A stretch of DNA of 64,000 nt from Octopus vulgaris (taxonomy: Eukaryota). Of this stretch, positions 26,847-38,955 are shown piece after piece. Within the stretch, counting starts at the first letter, position 1; each line of letters opens with the position of its first letter. Where the stretch lies: the NCBI GenBank assembly GCA_951406725.2, contig OX597814.1:109492001-109556000 (forward strand), in the 5' to 3' direction. The position numbers and the translations under genes were made by a program. Under the pieces are notes generated by a model, which saw only the letters and a list, made by a program, of their open reading frames with translations, did no database searches and was not told the origin of the DNA.

Positions 26847-27961
26847 GTGTGTTTCTCTTTTACACTCTTCAACATTCCCATTAACTTTTGTATTCATCCT
26901 TGTCATCGTCATCTTTTTAGCATCCACTTTTCCTTGCTAACATGGGTCACATGGAGTTTTTTTTTAGGTTGGATGCCCTCCCTGTTGCCAACCCTCAACT
27001 GTATCCAGTCATCATTGTTTAACATCTGTTTTCCATGCTAGCATGGGTTCGATGGTTCGACCAGGGTCTGGTAAGCCATGGAGGCTGCACCAGGCTCCAG
27101 TCTGATCTGGCAGTGTTTCTACAGCTGGATGCCCTTACTAACGCCAACCACTCCGTGAGTGTAATGGGTGCTTTTTATGTGCTACCGGCACAGGGACCAG
27201 AGGAGGCTGGCAAACAGCCACGATCGGTTGGTGCTTTTATGTGTCACCGACACAGACGCCGGCCAGGCGGCACTGGCAACTACCATGTATCCAAATAAGG
27301 TAATATTTCTCATGGCCAGACATGTTTTCCATGGAAAACTGGAAACCAACCACGTCACTTGTATGATGGTGATGTTTGTTTACAACCATCATGTGATGTC
27401 AAGATGAGGAGATGTGCATACATACATGCATAAAGAAATCATCATCATCCATCTGTTTTCCATGCTGGCATGGGTTGGACAGTTTGACAACAACTGGCAA
27501 GGCCAGGTGTCACACCAAGCTCCCTTTGTCTATTTTTTGCATGGTTTTTACAGCTGGATGCCCTTCCTAATGACAACCACTTTACAGTGTGTACTGGGTA
27601 CTTTTTATGTGGCACCAGTACTAGTGCTTTTTAATGTGACACAATCACCAGTGCTACATCATCATCATTGTTTAACATCCGTTTTTCATGCTGGCATGGG
27701 TTGGACGGTTTGACTTAGGTCTGGAGAGCCAGCAGCTGCACCAAGCTCCAGTCTGATCTGGCAATGTTTCTACAGCTGGATGCTCTTCCTAACACCAACC
27801 ACTCTAAGAGTGTACTGGGTGCTTTTTACGTACCACCTGCATGGTAGCCAGTCATTGGGTGCTGGCATTGGCCACGTTCAGATGTTGCTTTTTACATGCC
27901 ACCGGCATAGGAACCAGTCAGTTGGCCCTAGCATTGATCATGTTCAGATAGTGCTTTTTAC

Positions 27962-27999
<38 letters not shown>

Positions 28000-28507
28000 A
28001 TTGGACACTGCTTGCGAAGACCTGTTGAGGCAAGTGAATTTGGAATCGAAATCAAATTCACTGACTCGCATCCGTCCGAGCGTGATCATTGTCAGAGCAT
28101 CTAACTGGCATTCGTGCTGGTGGCATGTAAAAAGCACCATTCGAGCATGATCGTTACCAGCATCGCCTTACTGGCACTTGTGCTGGTATGCAGGTGACAT
28201 GTAAAAAAAACACTATTTTTCTGTGGCCGTTGCCAGCACCCACTACACTCTCAGAGTGGTTGGCATTAGGAAGGGCATCCAGCTGTAGAAACTCTATCAG
28301 ATCAAGATTGGAGTCTGGTGCAGCCATCTGGATCACCAGCCCTCAGTCAAATCGTCCAACCCATGCTAGCATGGAAAGCGGATGTTAAATGATGATGATG
28401 ATGATATGACAAGCTTCATTCAGTTTCTATTTATCAAATCCACCCACATGGCTTTGGTCAGCAAGGGACTATAGTAAAAGAATTGTCTTTCTTGATTATT
28501 TTCCCAG

Positions 28508-28676
28508 ATTAAGTGCAATTTATGGTGGAACTTACATGTTGGACAAACCAGTCGATGAACTGATCTTTGAAGATGGTAAAGCTGTAGGCGTGAAATCGCA
28601 AGGACAGGTAGCTAATTGTAAAATGGTCATCTGTGATCCGTCTTATGCTCCAGAGAAGTGTAAAAAGCAAGGACAG
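28508..28676 (+). CDS. GDI: Rab GDI exon 7 ([56 protein letters not shown])
   Basis: ttcccag acceptor, gtgagt donor, 169 nt. [11 protein letters not shown] and ICDPSY motifs. Confidence 0.96.
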
Positions 28677-30199
28677 GTGAGTTTTCTTTTATTTCATTTT
28701 ACTTTATCATATAATAATAGTAATTTGTTATATTTAGGGATGGTCATCTTTTTTGCTAATTAACCACATGCACTAATTACTTAGTCTTCACTTCAGGTTT
28801 AATTATTCTTGTTTTAGTGTTGGTTGTCTGAAATTTTTCATTGCACACCCTGTGACTCCTTCAGTGACTCTCCATCCCATGTGTATGCACCTGTTCTGTT
28901 TAGTACATTCTGAGAAAGACAAAATGGACTGAAACAGAATAGGAGGAGACACGTGGAATGGAGAGTTGCTGAAGAGGTCACAGGATGTGTGATGAAAGAT
29001 TTCAGACAAAGGACACTAAAAAAAATAATAATAATAATGATGATGATAATAAAGGTGAAGTGAAGAAGGAGTATATAGTGCGTGTGGTTAATTGACAAAA
29101 AAGACGACCATCACCAAATATAACAGTATGTTACAACACAGGATTTCACATCAGGAGTCTTGCAAAACAAATACATAATAGTAATGTAAGTGTCTATAAT
29201 TTCTTAAACATCCATTGTCATCTTTATCATTGTTTCAGCATCCTCTTTTCCATGCTTGCATGGGTCACAAGAGATTTGTTGAAGCAGGTTTTCCGAGCGT
29301 GATCGTTGCCAGTGCGGCTATCTGACCTCAGTGCCGGTGGCACGTAAAAGACACATTCAAGTGTGATCGTTACCTTACTGGCACCTGTACCGGTGGCTTG
29401 TGTAAAAGATTTGAGCGAGGTCATTGCCAGTGCCGCCTGACTGGCACGTAAAAGCACTCACTACACTCTCAGAGTGGTTGGCGTTAGGAAGGGCATCCAA
29501 CTGTAGAAACTCTGCCAGATCAAGATTGGAGCCTGGTGCAGCTGTCTGGTTCGCCAGCCCTCAGTCAAATCGTCCAACCCATGCTAGCATGGAAAGTGGA
29601 CGTTAAACAATGAACAACGAGGTTCTCTGTGACTGGATGCCCTTCCTGTCACCAATCCTCACCTCTTCCCATGCGAGGGATATTGTTCAGACATGTTTTT
29701 CACAAAACACTGGGAATGTACAAAATCACTTGTGAGATGGTAACATTTGTTTACAACCACTGCATGGTATCAAGACAAGGATACACACTGGTTGTCAAGC
29801 AGAGGTGTGTAACAAACACACACATGCACACACATGTATATGACAGGCTTCTTTCAGTTTACATCTACAAAATCTACTCACAAGGCTTCGGTCAGCTATT
29901 AACAAACACTTACCTCTATGTCCCTGTAAATTAGCAGCTAGGCAAGAATAGACCGATGAAGTGCCAGACTTAATACATATTAGGGGCCACAAAGCCAGCA
30001 ATTTCAGTGGGGGTGGTTCTATGTTGATTACATTGACCCTGGTGCTCAACTTGTACTTATTTCATTGAGCCCAAAAGGATGCAAGACTTTAACAGAATTT
30101 CAACTCAGAATGTAAAACCAAAAGAAATGCTGTTGACCATTTTGTCCAGTGTGCTAACAATTCTGCCAGCTCACTGCCTCAATAATAATAATAATAATA

Positions 30200-30547
30200 A
30201 ACTAAAACAATACCTGTTGTCATAGGTGCCCTGGGAATGATAGCAAAAGGGGCTGATTGTTACCTAACTCAGATACCAGGAAACCCAAAAATGGCAGAAA
30301 TTCAAAAGATAGTGCTCATGGGAACTGCTCATATCCTACGCAAAATACTTTCTATGTAATCTCAAGTTTTAAAACAAACATAATTTTCATATGGTTTTTT
30401 AAGACATTCACTTGTACAACACTAAGTACAAAACCAAATATATGGCACCCTAGGCATAACACCAACATGAACTTCCAACTTGTCTCTTGAGGTCTCTGGG
30501 TGAGACTTGGAGCCAGCTTGTGCAAATGTAATGCAAAAGTCAAACAG
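30200..30547 (+). mobile_element. 3' end of a Dong/R4-clade (restriction-like endonuclease) non-LTR retrotransposon
   Basis: Translates to KTIPVVIGALGMIAKGADCYLTQIPGNPKMAEIQKIVLMGTAHILRKILSM*, the typical PxVIGALG...QKxVLxGTAHILR C-terminus. Flanked by (AAT)n on both sides. Confidence 0.8.
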
Positions 30548-32454
30548 AATAATAATAATACCAACAACAACAACAAGAGCACTCAGAGCACAAACCTCTG
30601 CCACGGCAACAGTAACGTTCTCTCAATGATTAGCTAGAGATGTCTGAAATATACTCAACTGCTCTCACAAATGAGAATACTAAAAATGAACCTGGATGCT
30701 CTCAAAAATTAAGTAAAAAAAAAACAGGGAAAATAATCCATAATCCTTTTTCGGTACCTGATTGATTTCAAAGGTAGTCATGGAGTGTGAAGATGTCTGT
30801 AGAAAATTTAGTAACAGTAATAAATAGTTTGTCCTTATCTCATACAGGCCAGAGTTAACAAATTCACCATTCAAAATAATTACAGCCTAAAGGGAGATAA
30901 TTGAGACACTTAAAAGTTAACGTAAGATCATAATCATCATCATTATCGTTTTAATGTCCATTTTCCATGCTGGCATGGGATGGGCAGTTTGACTGAGGAC
31001 TGGCGAACCAGATGGCTGCACCAGGCTCCAATCTGATCTGGCAAAGTTTCTACAGCTGAATGCCCTTCCTAATGCCAACCACTCCAAGAGTGTAGTGGGT
31101 GCTTTTTATGTGCCACCAACACAGGGGCCAGTCAGATGGGCCTGGCATCAATCCTGTTTGGATGGTGCTTTTTACATGCTGTTGGCACAGGAGCCAATCA
31201 AGGGGCATTGGCATCAGCTACATTTCGATGGTGCTTTTTTACGTGCCGTCAGCACGGGAGCCAGTCAGGGGCACTGGCACCAGCCACATTCAGATTGTGC
31301 ATTTTATGTGCCACCAGTCAGGTGGGCCTGGTATCGATCATATTCAGATAGTGCCATTTACATGCCATTGGCACAGGAGCCAGTCAGGGGGCACTGGCAT
31401 TGATCATGTTCGGATGATGCTTTTTACGTGCCACCAGCACAGGAGCCAGCCAGGGAGCACTGGCATCATCCACGATCAGTTGGTGCTTTTTACGTGCTGA
31501 TGATGATGAACATAAGCCCAGCAGAAATGCCACTGAGCATCTTTCCCTGTACTGTAATAATTCTGCCAGCTCATTGCCTTTCCGTCTCTAGATAAGTTTT
31601 TTTTCAGTTAGTTGTGTGAAATATAAACACTCCCTACATAATTAACCCTTTAGGATTCAGACTAGGATTCAAATGTGATGCTTATTTATCACATTGTTTT
31701 GGATTAATCATGCATTGTCTTGTGGCTTTGAGATTTCAGTGATGTGATTGCATATTTTTAGAATGATATTGTAGGGTAGGTGTGAGAGGCTAGACTTGCC
31801 TGATTTGAACATAAAAACAGGTAAAATATTTGGTTGCCAGGTATGGCTGGTTTTAATGCTAAAGGGTTACAGAGAAATTATTTTTCTTTTTTTTAATGTC
31901 TTAGTTGAATCATATATTTTCGAATCATTGAAACAGAATCTCATGCTGGTACTATATAAAGGGTACTTGTGACGGTGCCACATAAAAAGCATCCAGTGCA
32001 CTCTGTAAAGTGGTTGGCGTTAGGAAAGGCATCCAGCCATAGAAACCATGCCAAAGCAGACAAATGGAGCTGGGTGTAGCTCTATAGCTTGCCAACTCCT
32101 TATTTCTTTATTGCCCACAAGGGGCTAAACATAGAGGGGACAAACAATGGGATTAAGTTGATTATATCGACCCCGAAAGGATGAAAGGCAAAGTCGATCT
32201 CGGCGGAATTTTAACTCAGAACGTAACAGCAAGCGAAATACCACTAAGCATTTCGCCCGGTGTGCTAACGTTTCTGCCAGCTCGCCGCCTTCTTAGCTTG
32301 CCAACTCCTATCAAATTGTCCAACCCATGCCAGCATGGACAACGGATGTTAAATGATAATGGTGGTGATAACGAATTAAGAGAGGGAGGGACTATATGTA
32401 TCCCTGTTTTTATATATATATTACAGTTTATGTTGTTGTTTTTCTCTTGTCTAG

Positions 32455-32557
32455 GTTGTCCGAGCAATCTGCATTCTTGATCATGGTATTCCTGATACAG
32501 AGAATAGTTTATCATGTCAGATAATCATTCCACAATCCCAGGTGAACAGGCAAAATG
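32455..32557 (+). CDS. GDI: Rab GDI exon 8 (VVRAICILDHGIPDTENSLSCQIIIPQSQVNRQN)
   Basis: tgtctag acceptor, gtaaat donor, 103 nt. SCQIIIPQ motif. Confidence 0.96.
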
Positions 32558-33106
32558 GTAAATATCTGTTTTTCACACGCCCACACTTTTTTTTGTCTTT
32601 GTTATTGTTTTGGGAGGTTCATATTATGCCAACTTCAGAACACATACACTGGTTCAGTACCACTTCTATTATTTTTGGTGTAACAATCCTTCCAAGACAC
32701 AAGTTTCGTTTCAACTCACTTCAAGAATCTTACAAACTGAATACAAAACTTATTGTTGTTGTTAAATCTTTGTTCCCAATGAAATTAACGGAACAAACAA
32801 ATCTGTATTTTTTTTTCTTTCCTGTAAGCTATTGAAGTACTGTATATGATGCAAATAATAACAATTTTTGAAGATCGACACAAATTAAAGCCTCAGACAC
32901 CAGTTAAATTATGTTATTGTTATAGCTTCTTTATTTCATTTAAAATCAATTCAAAAGCCATGTATTTCAATTGAAACAAAACCGTTAAATATACAGTAAT
33001 CCCGCAACTGTCGTGATGGTTGAAATTCCATGAAGTTGAACCACTACTGTACTGTATATTTTTCTTATAATTTTTATAATTTGTATATATTTTATTTATT
33101 TATGCG

Positions 33107-33398
33107 CCCTTTTCAAGCCTTGCCAGGCTCATGGGCCCGGTTTCTGTGGCGTATGTGTTCCTCCCAGCTGGACAGGACGCCAGTCCATTGCAGTGTTACT
33201 CAAGAAACAGGAAAAAAGAGTGAAAGAAAGTTGTGACAAAAGAGTACAACAGGGGTCGCCGCCCCACCCCCTGCCAGAGCTTCATGGAGCTTTAGGTGTT
33301 TTCACTCAATAAACACGCACAATGCTCGGTCTGGGAATTGAAACCGCGATCCTCCGACCGCGAGTCCGCTGCCCTAACCACTGGGCCATTGCGCCTCC
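33107..33398 (-). mobile_element. tRNA-derived SINE family D (copies at 60385-60751 - and 42264-42450 -)
   Basis: Minus-strand head ggaggcgcaatggcccagtggttagggcagcggactcgcggtcggaggatcgcggtttcaattccc. The body is shared by three copies. Confidence 0.8.
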
Positions 33399-34205
33399 AC
33401 TTGTATATACTTATACAAACAACACCACACACCCACCTCCCAAGTTCCGTTTTCCATCCAGTATGTGCGATTCTTTATTTACCCATCTACGGTACTCTAT
33501 GAATTTTCTTTTAATATATTTTAATTAATGTGTTATACAGTGCGGTACTATACTGCATTTTTATTCATTAATTTTTAGATGTGAAAATGCTTATTTTACC
33601 ACAGAAATAATTAAAATCTAAAAAAGTATTAATACCTATCAGCCACAGAAACCCGTAATATAAATTTACTAGCTTGCTTACCAACCACATGGTTCTGGGT
33701 TCAGTCCCACTGTTTGTCACCTTGGGCTGACCAAAACCTTGTGAGTGGATTTGGTAGATGGAAACTGAAAAGAAGCCCATCGTGTATATAAATGTGTGTG
33801 TGTGTGTGTGTATGTTTGCATGTCTGCCTTTGTCCCCCTGCCATTGCTTGGCAACCGATGTTGGTGTGTTTGCGTCCCCAAAACTTAGAGAGGTTTCACA
33901 AAAGAGACCGATAGAACAAGTACTAGGCTTACAAAGAATGTCCTAGGGGTCAATTTGCAGATCTTTTCACTTTGACCTGCAGATTTTTTAAATAATTTCT
34001 ATGTAACTAAAAAATTTTAAACTTCATATATTGGTAGAATGTGTTTATAAAACATCTTTTTCTCTTGGCTTTGTTGAGAAAATTCTGTAGTTTGTAAGAT
34101 ATTTGGTCTTTAATTTGTTGCATTTCAGCAATTTCAACCAATCAATGACGTGTATTGAGGTGAAAACGATTTCTGCCGTAACATTTTATGGCAGCGTCAT
34201 ATGAA

Positions 34206-34454
34206 AATGTCCCTGTTTTTTATGAGAAAAAAGATACCCTGTGGCCATAAACTGAGGGGTCACTCATAAACAGAGCTGGATAACAAAACCGTTCCCTCTT
34301 TAGTGTCCACCCATAATTATGACCCTAGTATCAATCTATTGCATTTCAATCTGTTTTAGGGTTAGGGGTGGGGGGAAGGGTATCTTTTTTTTCTTCAGAA
34401 ATATAAATAAACCCAATCTGTTTCTCAAACGAATATATATGTAACAGGGACATT
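34206..34454. mobile_element. Non-autonomous element with nested inverted repeats and an internal TTAGGG-like tract
   Basis: Outer aatgtccctgtt/aacagggacatt, inner aaaaaagataccct/agggtatctttttt, and ttagggttagggg at ~34356. Confidence 0.6.
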
Positions 34455-34563
34455 CCTGTATCTTTAAATTAAAGAATGGAATAAAATGTATTTTTTTACC
34501 ACGGTTTATTGGTTTGTCTTATGGTTTTTTTCTTTTCTTTTTTTTTCTCCTTTCTTTAAACAG

Positions 34564-34708
34564 ATATTTATGTTTGTTGTGTCTCTTATGCACATAATGT
34601 CGCAGCGAAAAATTTCTATTTGGCCATTGTCAGCACAACCGTAGAGACTGACAATCCTGAGAATGAACTTAGTATAGGTTTGAACCTCCTCGGCCCCATC
34701 AAACAAAA
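34564..34708 (+). CDS. GDI: Rab GDI exon 9 ([49 protein letters not shown])
   Basis: aaacag acceptor after a long T tract, gtgagt donor, 145 nt. SYAHNVA and STTVET motifs. Confidence 0.96.
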
Positions 34709-34831
34709 GTGAGTGGCATTTATTTTCTCCTCTTGTGTGTGTGTGAAAGAGATGGTCTTTAATTTCCACTTTGTCGGATGAAAATTCCTTAAAGAGCATT
34801 CTCTATAATGAATTTAATTTTCTTCCCCTAG

Positions 34832-34886
34832 GTTTGTATCAATCAGTGATCTTTTAGAACCAATAGATGATGGTACAGAAAATCGG
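34832..34886 (+). CDS. GDI: Rab GDI exon 10 (FVSISDLLEPIDDGTENR)
   Basis: cccctag acceptor, gtaagt donor, 55 nt, in frame. Confidence 0.95.
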
Positions 34887-37075
34887 GTAAGTGAGACATT
34901 GATTTACCTTTTTAATTTTGTAGCCAATGCCTATTTCTTTACTACCAACAAGGGGCTAAACACAGAGAGGACAAACAAGGACAGACAAACGGATTAAGTT
35001 GATTACATCGACCCCAGTGCGTAACTGGTACGTATTTAATCGACCCCAAAAGGATGAAGGGCAAAGTCGACCTTGGTGGAATTTGAACTCAGAACATAGT
35101 GACAGACGAAATACTGCTAAGCATTTCGCCCGGCGTGCTAACGTTTCTGCCAGTTCACCGCCTTTTGTGGCCAATGCCGTTGCCATCTAACTGACCAAGA
35201 CCCTTGGCGATATACTGTGCTTGTGTAGACCTGTGAAGCCAAGTGGGACCGTGGTCATGGCCGATTCTGGTGTTGGGTCAGTGGCACATAAAATACACCT
35301 ACTGCAGTCTGAGAGACATTGGTGTTAGGAAGGGCATCCAGCTGTAGAAACCATGACAAATCAGATTGGGGCCTGGTGCAGCTCCCTGGTTTACCAGTTT
35401 TCAGTCAAACTGTTCAACCCATTCCAGCATGGAAAGCAGACATTAAATGAAACAATGATGGAGAAGCTCCAAATACAATGAATTGTTGAACTGGTAGCTG
35501 TGAATATGATTGTGTGTGTTTGTATCGTTCATTTCTAATCTTCCATGGCTATATGGATTATTTCCTTGTTTAGAAACAGCTGAAGGTTGGTGACAGGAAA
35601 GGCTCCTGGAAGGATGATGGTAATGATGATGAAAGGGTTTCCAATGCCATTAGTATTGTCTTACAGAGTTTATAGAATTTTGAGCATTTGTTTGATCTGT
35701 ATTCTAGCCATGACCATTCTACCAACAGTCATATTCAGTATTGCTTTATCCTGTACATTTAAGCATTTCTTTCTTTAAGATGGCAGGTTAGTATTTGAGG
35801 GTCATTTGGCTGCTGTTTCTTGCAGAGATATTGTGATGTAGCGTATGTATGTGCTCATCGTTATCATTTAACAGTCCTGCTTTATGCTGGCATAGGTTAA
35901 AGGAGAGAGAGAGAGAGAGAGAGGGTGGGGTACACTGTTATACTGTGCTATATTATGTAAATAAAGAAGGTTACAACAAAATGAGTAAACCAGTGTGATA
36001 GATGAACTATCGGGACTGATAAATTGTGTTATCATGTCACCTTGTGTATTATATTCATAAAATATCTTTCACCTTCATCTGCCCAGACTGATATTTACAT
36101 TGACCACACCTTCCCCTTTATTCCTTCTCTTCACCTCTACCCTCATCTCTAACCATCTCTCCCTCTTCTTCAATACTTTAATCAACTTATCCACACCCTT
36201 TTTCCAATTCTTTGTCCAATAACTCAATGCTGTGACACCTTGTCACTAACATCTTCTTCCCACCCACCCTTATGTAATGTAGGGTAGCCACGTATCTCCT
36301 CTACAGCAAGAAACCTGTGCCTGTCCTATTATACTTCAGCCTTTCAATACTTAGTATAAAACCACCTCCCCTTGTCCTGCATGGTTGAAGGGCTGTGTCT
36401 TTTTCTTTGTTTCATGAGGTGCCAATGTCTCGAAAGAAGTGCACCCAATATGCACTACAAAGTGGTTGGCATTAGGAAAGGCATCATTACCAGCGTCGCC
36501 TTACTGGCACTTGAGCCCCGTGCTAGTAGGGTACTAAGAGCAACATCTGAGTGTGATTGTTGCCAGAGCGGCTAACTGGCATCCGTGCTGGTGGCATGTA
36601 AAAGGCACCATTCGAGTGTGATTGTTACCAGCATCGCCTTATTGGCACCTGTGCCGGTGGCATGTGTAAAAAGATTCAAGTGTGGTCGTTGCCTGTACCG
36701 CCTGACTGGCCCTCATGCCGGTGGGATGTAAAAGAAACACTACACTCTCAGAGTGATTGGCGTTAGGAAGGGCATCCAACTGTAGAAACTCTGCCAGTTC
36801 AAGATTGGGGCCTGGTGCAGCCATCTGGTTCACCAGCCCTCAGTCAAATCGTCCAACCCATGCTAGCATGGAAAGCGGATGTTAAACGACGATGATGTTG
36901 ATGATCCAACCATGACAATCATGTCAAAGCATACATTAAAGATTAAAGCAGTGCTTTTGCTCATTGGATTCTATCAAACCTACATCCATGTAGATGTGTG
37001 TTGTGTGTGTATATGTATGTACATGTATTAATTGTGAAATATCGATGCTTATTGGGTTTCTGTTTGTTTTTCCAG

Positions 37076-37216
37076 CTCTTCATCTCCAAGAACTACGATG
37101 CCACCACTCACTTTGAAACTACATGTAATGATGTTTTGGATATTTTCAAACGAGCCACTGGGGAAGATTTTGACTTTTCGAAAGTCACACATGCTGGTAT
37201 GGAAGACAATTGCTGA
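37076..37216 (+). CDS. GDI: Rab GDI last coding exon ([46 protein letters not shown])
   Basis: tttccag acceptor, [13 protein letters not shown] signature, TGA at 37214-37216. The 10 exons total 1284 nt in one open frame. Confidence 0.96.
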   Translation, partial: LFISKNYDATTHFETTCNDVLDIFKRATGEDFDFSKVTHAGMEDNC

Positions 37217-38496
37217 GGCTGTATTTCACATAACTGGATTAATGTTGCTCCTGTCAAGACTCAGATGTTTCCTTTTAACACCAACATCTGCCTCTGGGTG
37301 CAAACATTCTCTTCCTGCTTTTCTCTCAGCAGCACACTATACATCCCAACAGCTTCAAAGCTAGTTTGGATCATTAGGCTTTTGACATGCTTATTCATAC
37401 TGATAGCTCTACTAGTCATTTCTGTGATGTTCTATTAATAATGTAGTTCACATTTGTCACAGATGTCTAATGTCTAGACTACTTTTAGGCTTTGGCTCAT
37501 TGGCATGAGACAAAAATTGTTCCATTGTTTTTTTTTCTCTTTTTGTTTTTTTCCTTCTTTTCCTGATGAGTTCATAAATTTTGCAGAGCAGAGACAATCT
37601 TTTTCTCTTAGCTATGAAACACAGTTACATTAATAAAATAAAATTTGTATTTAGCAATCAATCCTGTATTTTTTAATTTTAATTTCTTGTTATATATTAC
37701 TTCTTTTAATTAAATTATGGTATTCTTGTCAATACAAATTATTAAATTTCTATATTATACATATATTTTCCTTTTTTTTTTTAATATACATTTTTCTTTT
37801 TTTTCTGCTTATTTTCTTAGTTTCTTCTCACATAAAATAATATAAATTAGCTTATTTGTATCTTTCATAAATTTGTTAAAATAATAACCCTGAAACCAAG
37901 AATTAAGTGTTCAACTGATATAATAATGATGATGATGATAATAACAATAACAGCCTAGATTTCTCTGCACACTTAATTTCCCCCGTAGTAGTTAATCCTT
38001 TAATGTAAATTCTCTGAAGCCTTCATTACAATTTTTAGCTTTGTCTCAACATTTCTTCTTCTTCAATCTATTCGATGTTTAGGTATTTAAATGTGTTATG
38101 ATTTTTTACTTTTTTCTTTTCAAGTTTTCCATTACATTTTGAATATTTTTTTTTCTTTTGGAAAAAATGTAAAACTTCTTATGCACCATTTTTTTTTTTT
38201 CAATATTGTCATGTTTTGATTGACCAAAAAACAATTAGGAAAAAAAAACTATTTAAAAAAAAGGCTTGATTGAAATTTTAAAAAATACAATGGTATAAGT
38301 TCTTAAAATTAATTAAAAAAAATAATAATAAAAGCAATCTAATGATCATTGGCTAGTTCTGTGTTTTTTTTTCTTTTTTTTGATTATCGAAGTGCCATCA
38401 TTGCTCTCAATAATAATAATAATACTAATAATAATAAACTGTCTGTATCCACATCAATCAGATAATGTATGATAATGTCAAGTCTTCAGTTTGAAC

Positions 38497-38502
38497 AATA
38501 AA
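38497..38502 (+). terminator. Candidate GDI polyadenylation signal
   Basis: AATAAA at the end of a TE-free, U-rich 3'UTR-like stretch, followed ~15 nt later by a GT-rich element (ctgtgtgtctgttgg). Other AATAAA hexamers occur upstream. Confidence 0.45.
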
Positions 38503-38539
38503 TGTAAAGCACTTCTCTGTGTGTCTGTTGGTCTACTAC

Positions 38540-38540
<1 letters not shown>

Positions 38541-38578
<38 letters not shown>
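38541..38578. repeat. (CTAT)n tetranucleotide microsatellite
   Basis: Directly visible. Confidence 0.9.
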
Positions 38579-38579
<1 letters not shown>

Positions 38580-38912
38580 ACTCTCCTTCTGTGTGTTTTA
38601 TTGCCCATTTCATGCTTAGATACTAATGCTAACTTCTGGTTTCTCTTCCATAATAAATGATTAAAGATTATTTATCTTTCGATATTTTATTCAATAACTT
38701 TTTTTTTTTAATTTCCTTTACAAGTTTTAAGTCTTAACCCTGTTTTTTTTTTGTTTTTGATTTTTTTATCACATTTAGACAATAAATGTGAATCACTTTT
38801 AGTATGCCATCATATATACATATGTAAACATACATATGGGTATGTATGCATCTATATATGTATGTATGAGTGTGTGTGTGTATGTATGTATATGTATATA
38901 TATATATATGTG

Positions 38913-38955
<43 letters not shown>

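Noticed and set aside
37211-37700. Selenocysteine at the GDI UGA (Cys-UGA-Gly-Cys context)
   Set aside because: No convincing SECIS element (AUGA...AA...GA with correct helix spacing) was seen in the 3'UTR, and GDIs are not known selenoproteins. A SECISearch run would settle it.
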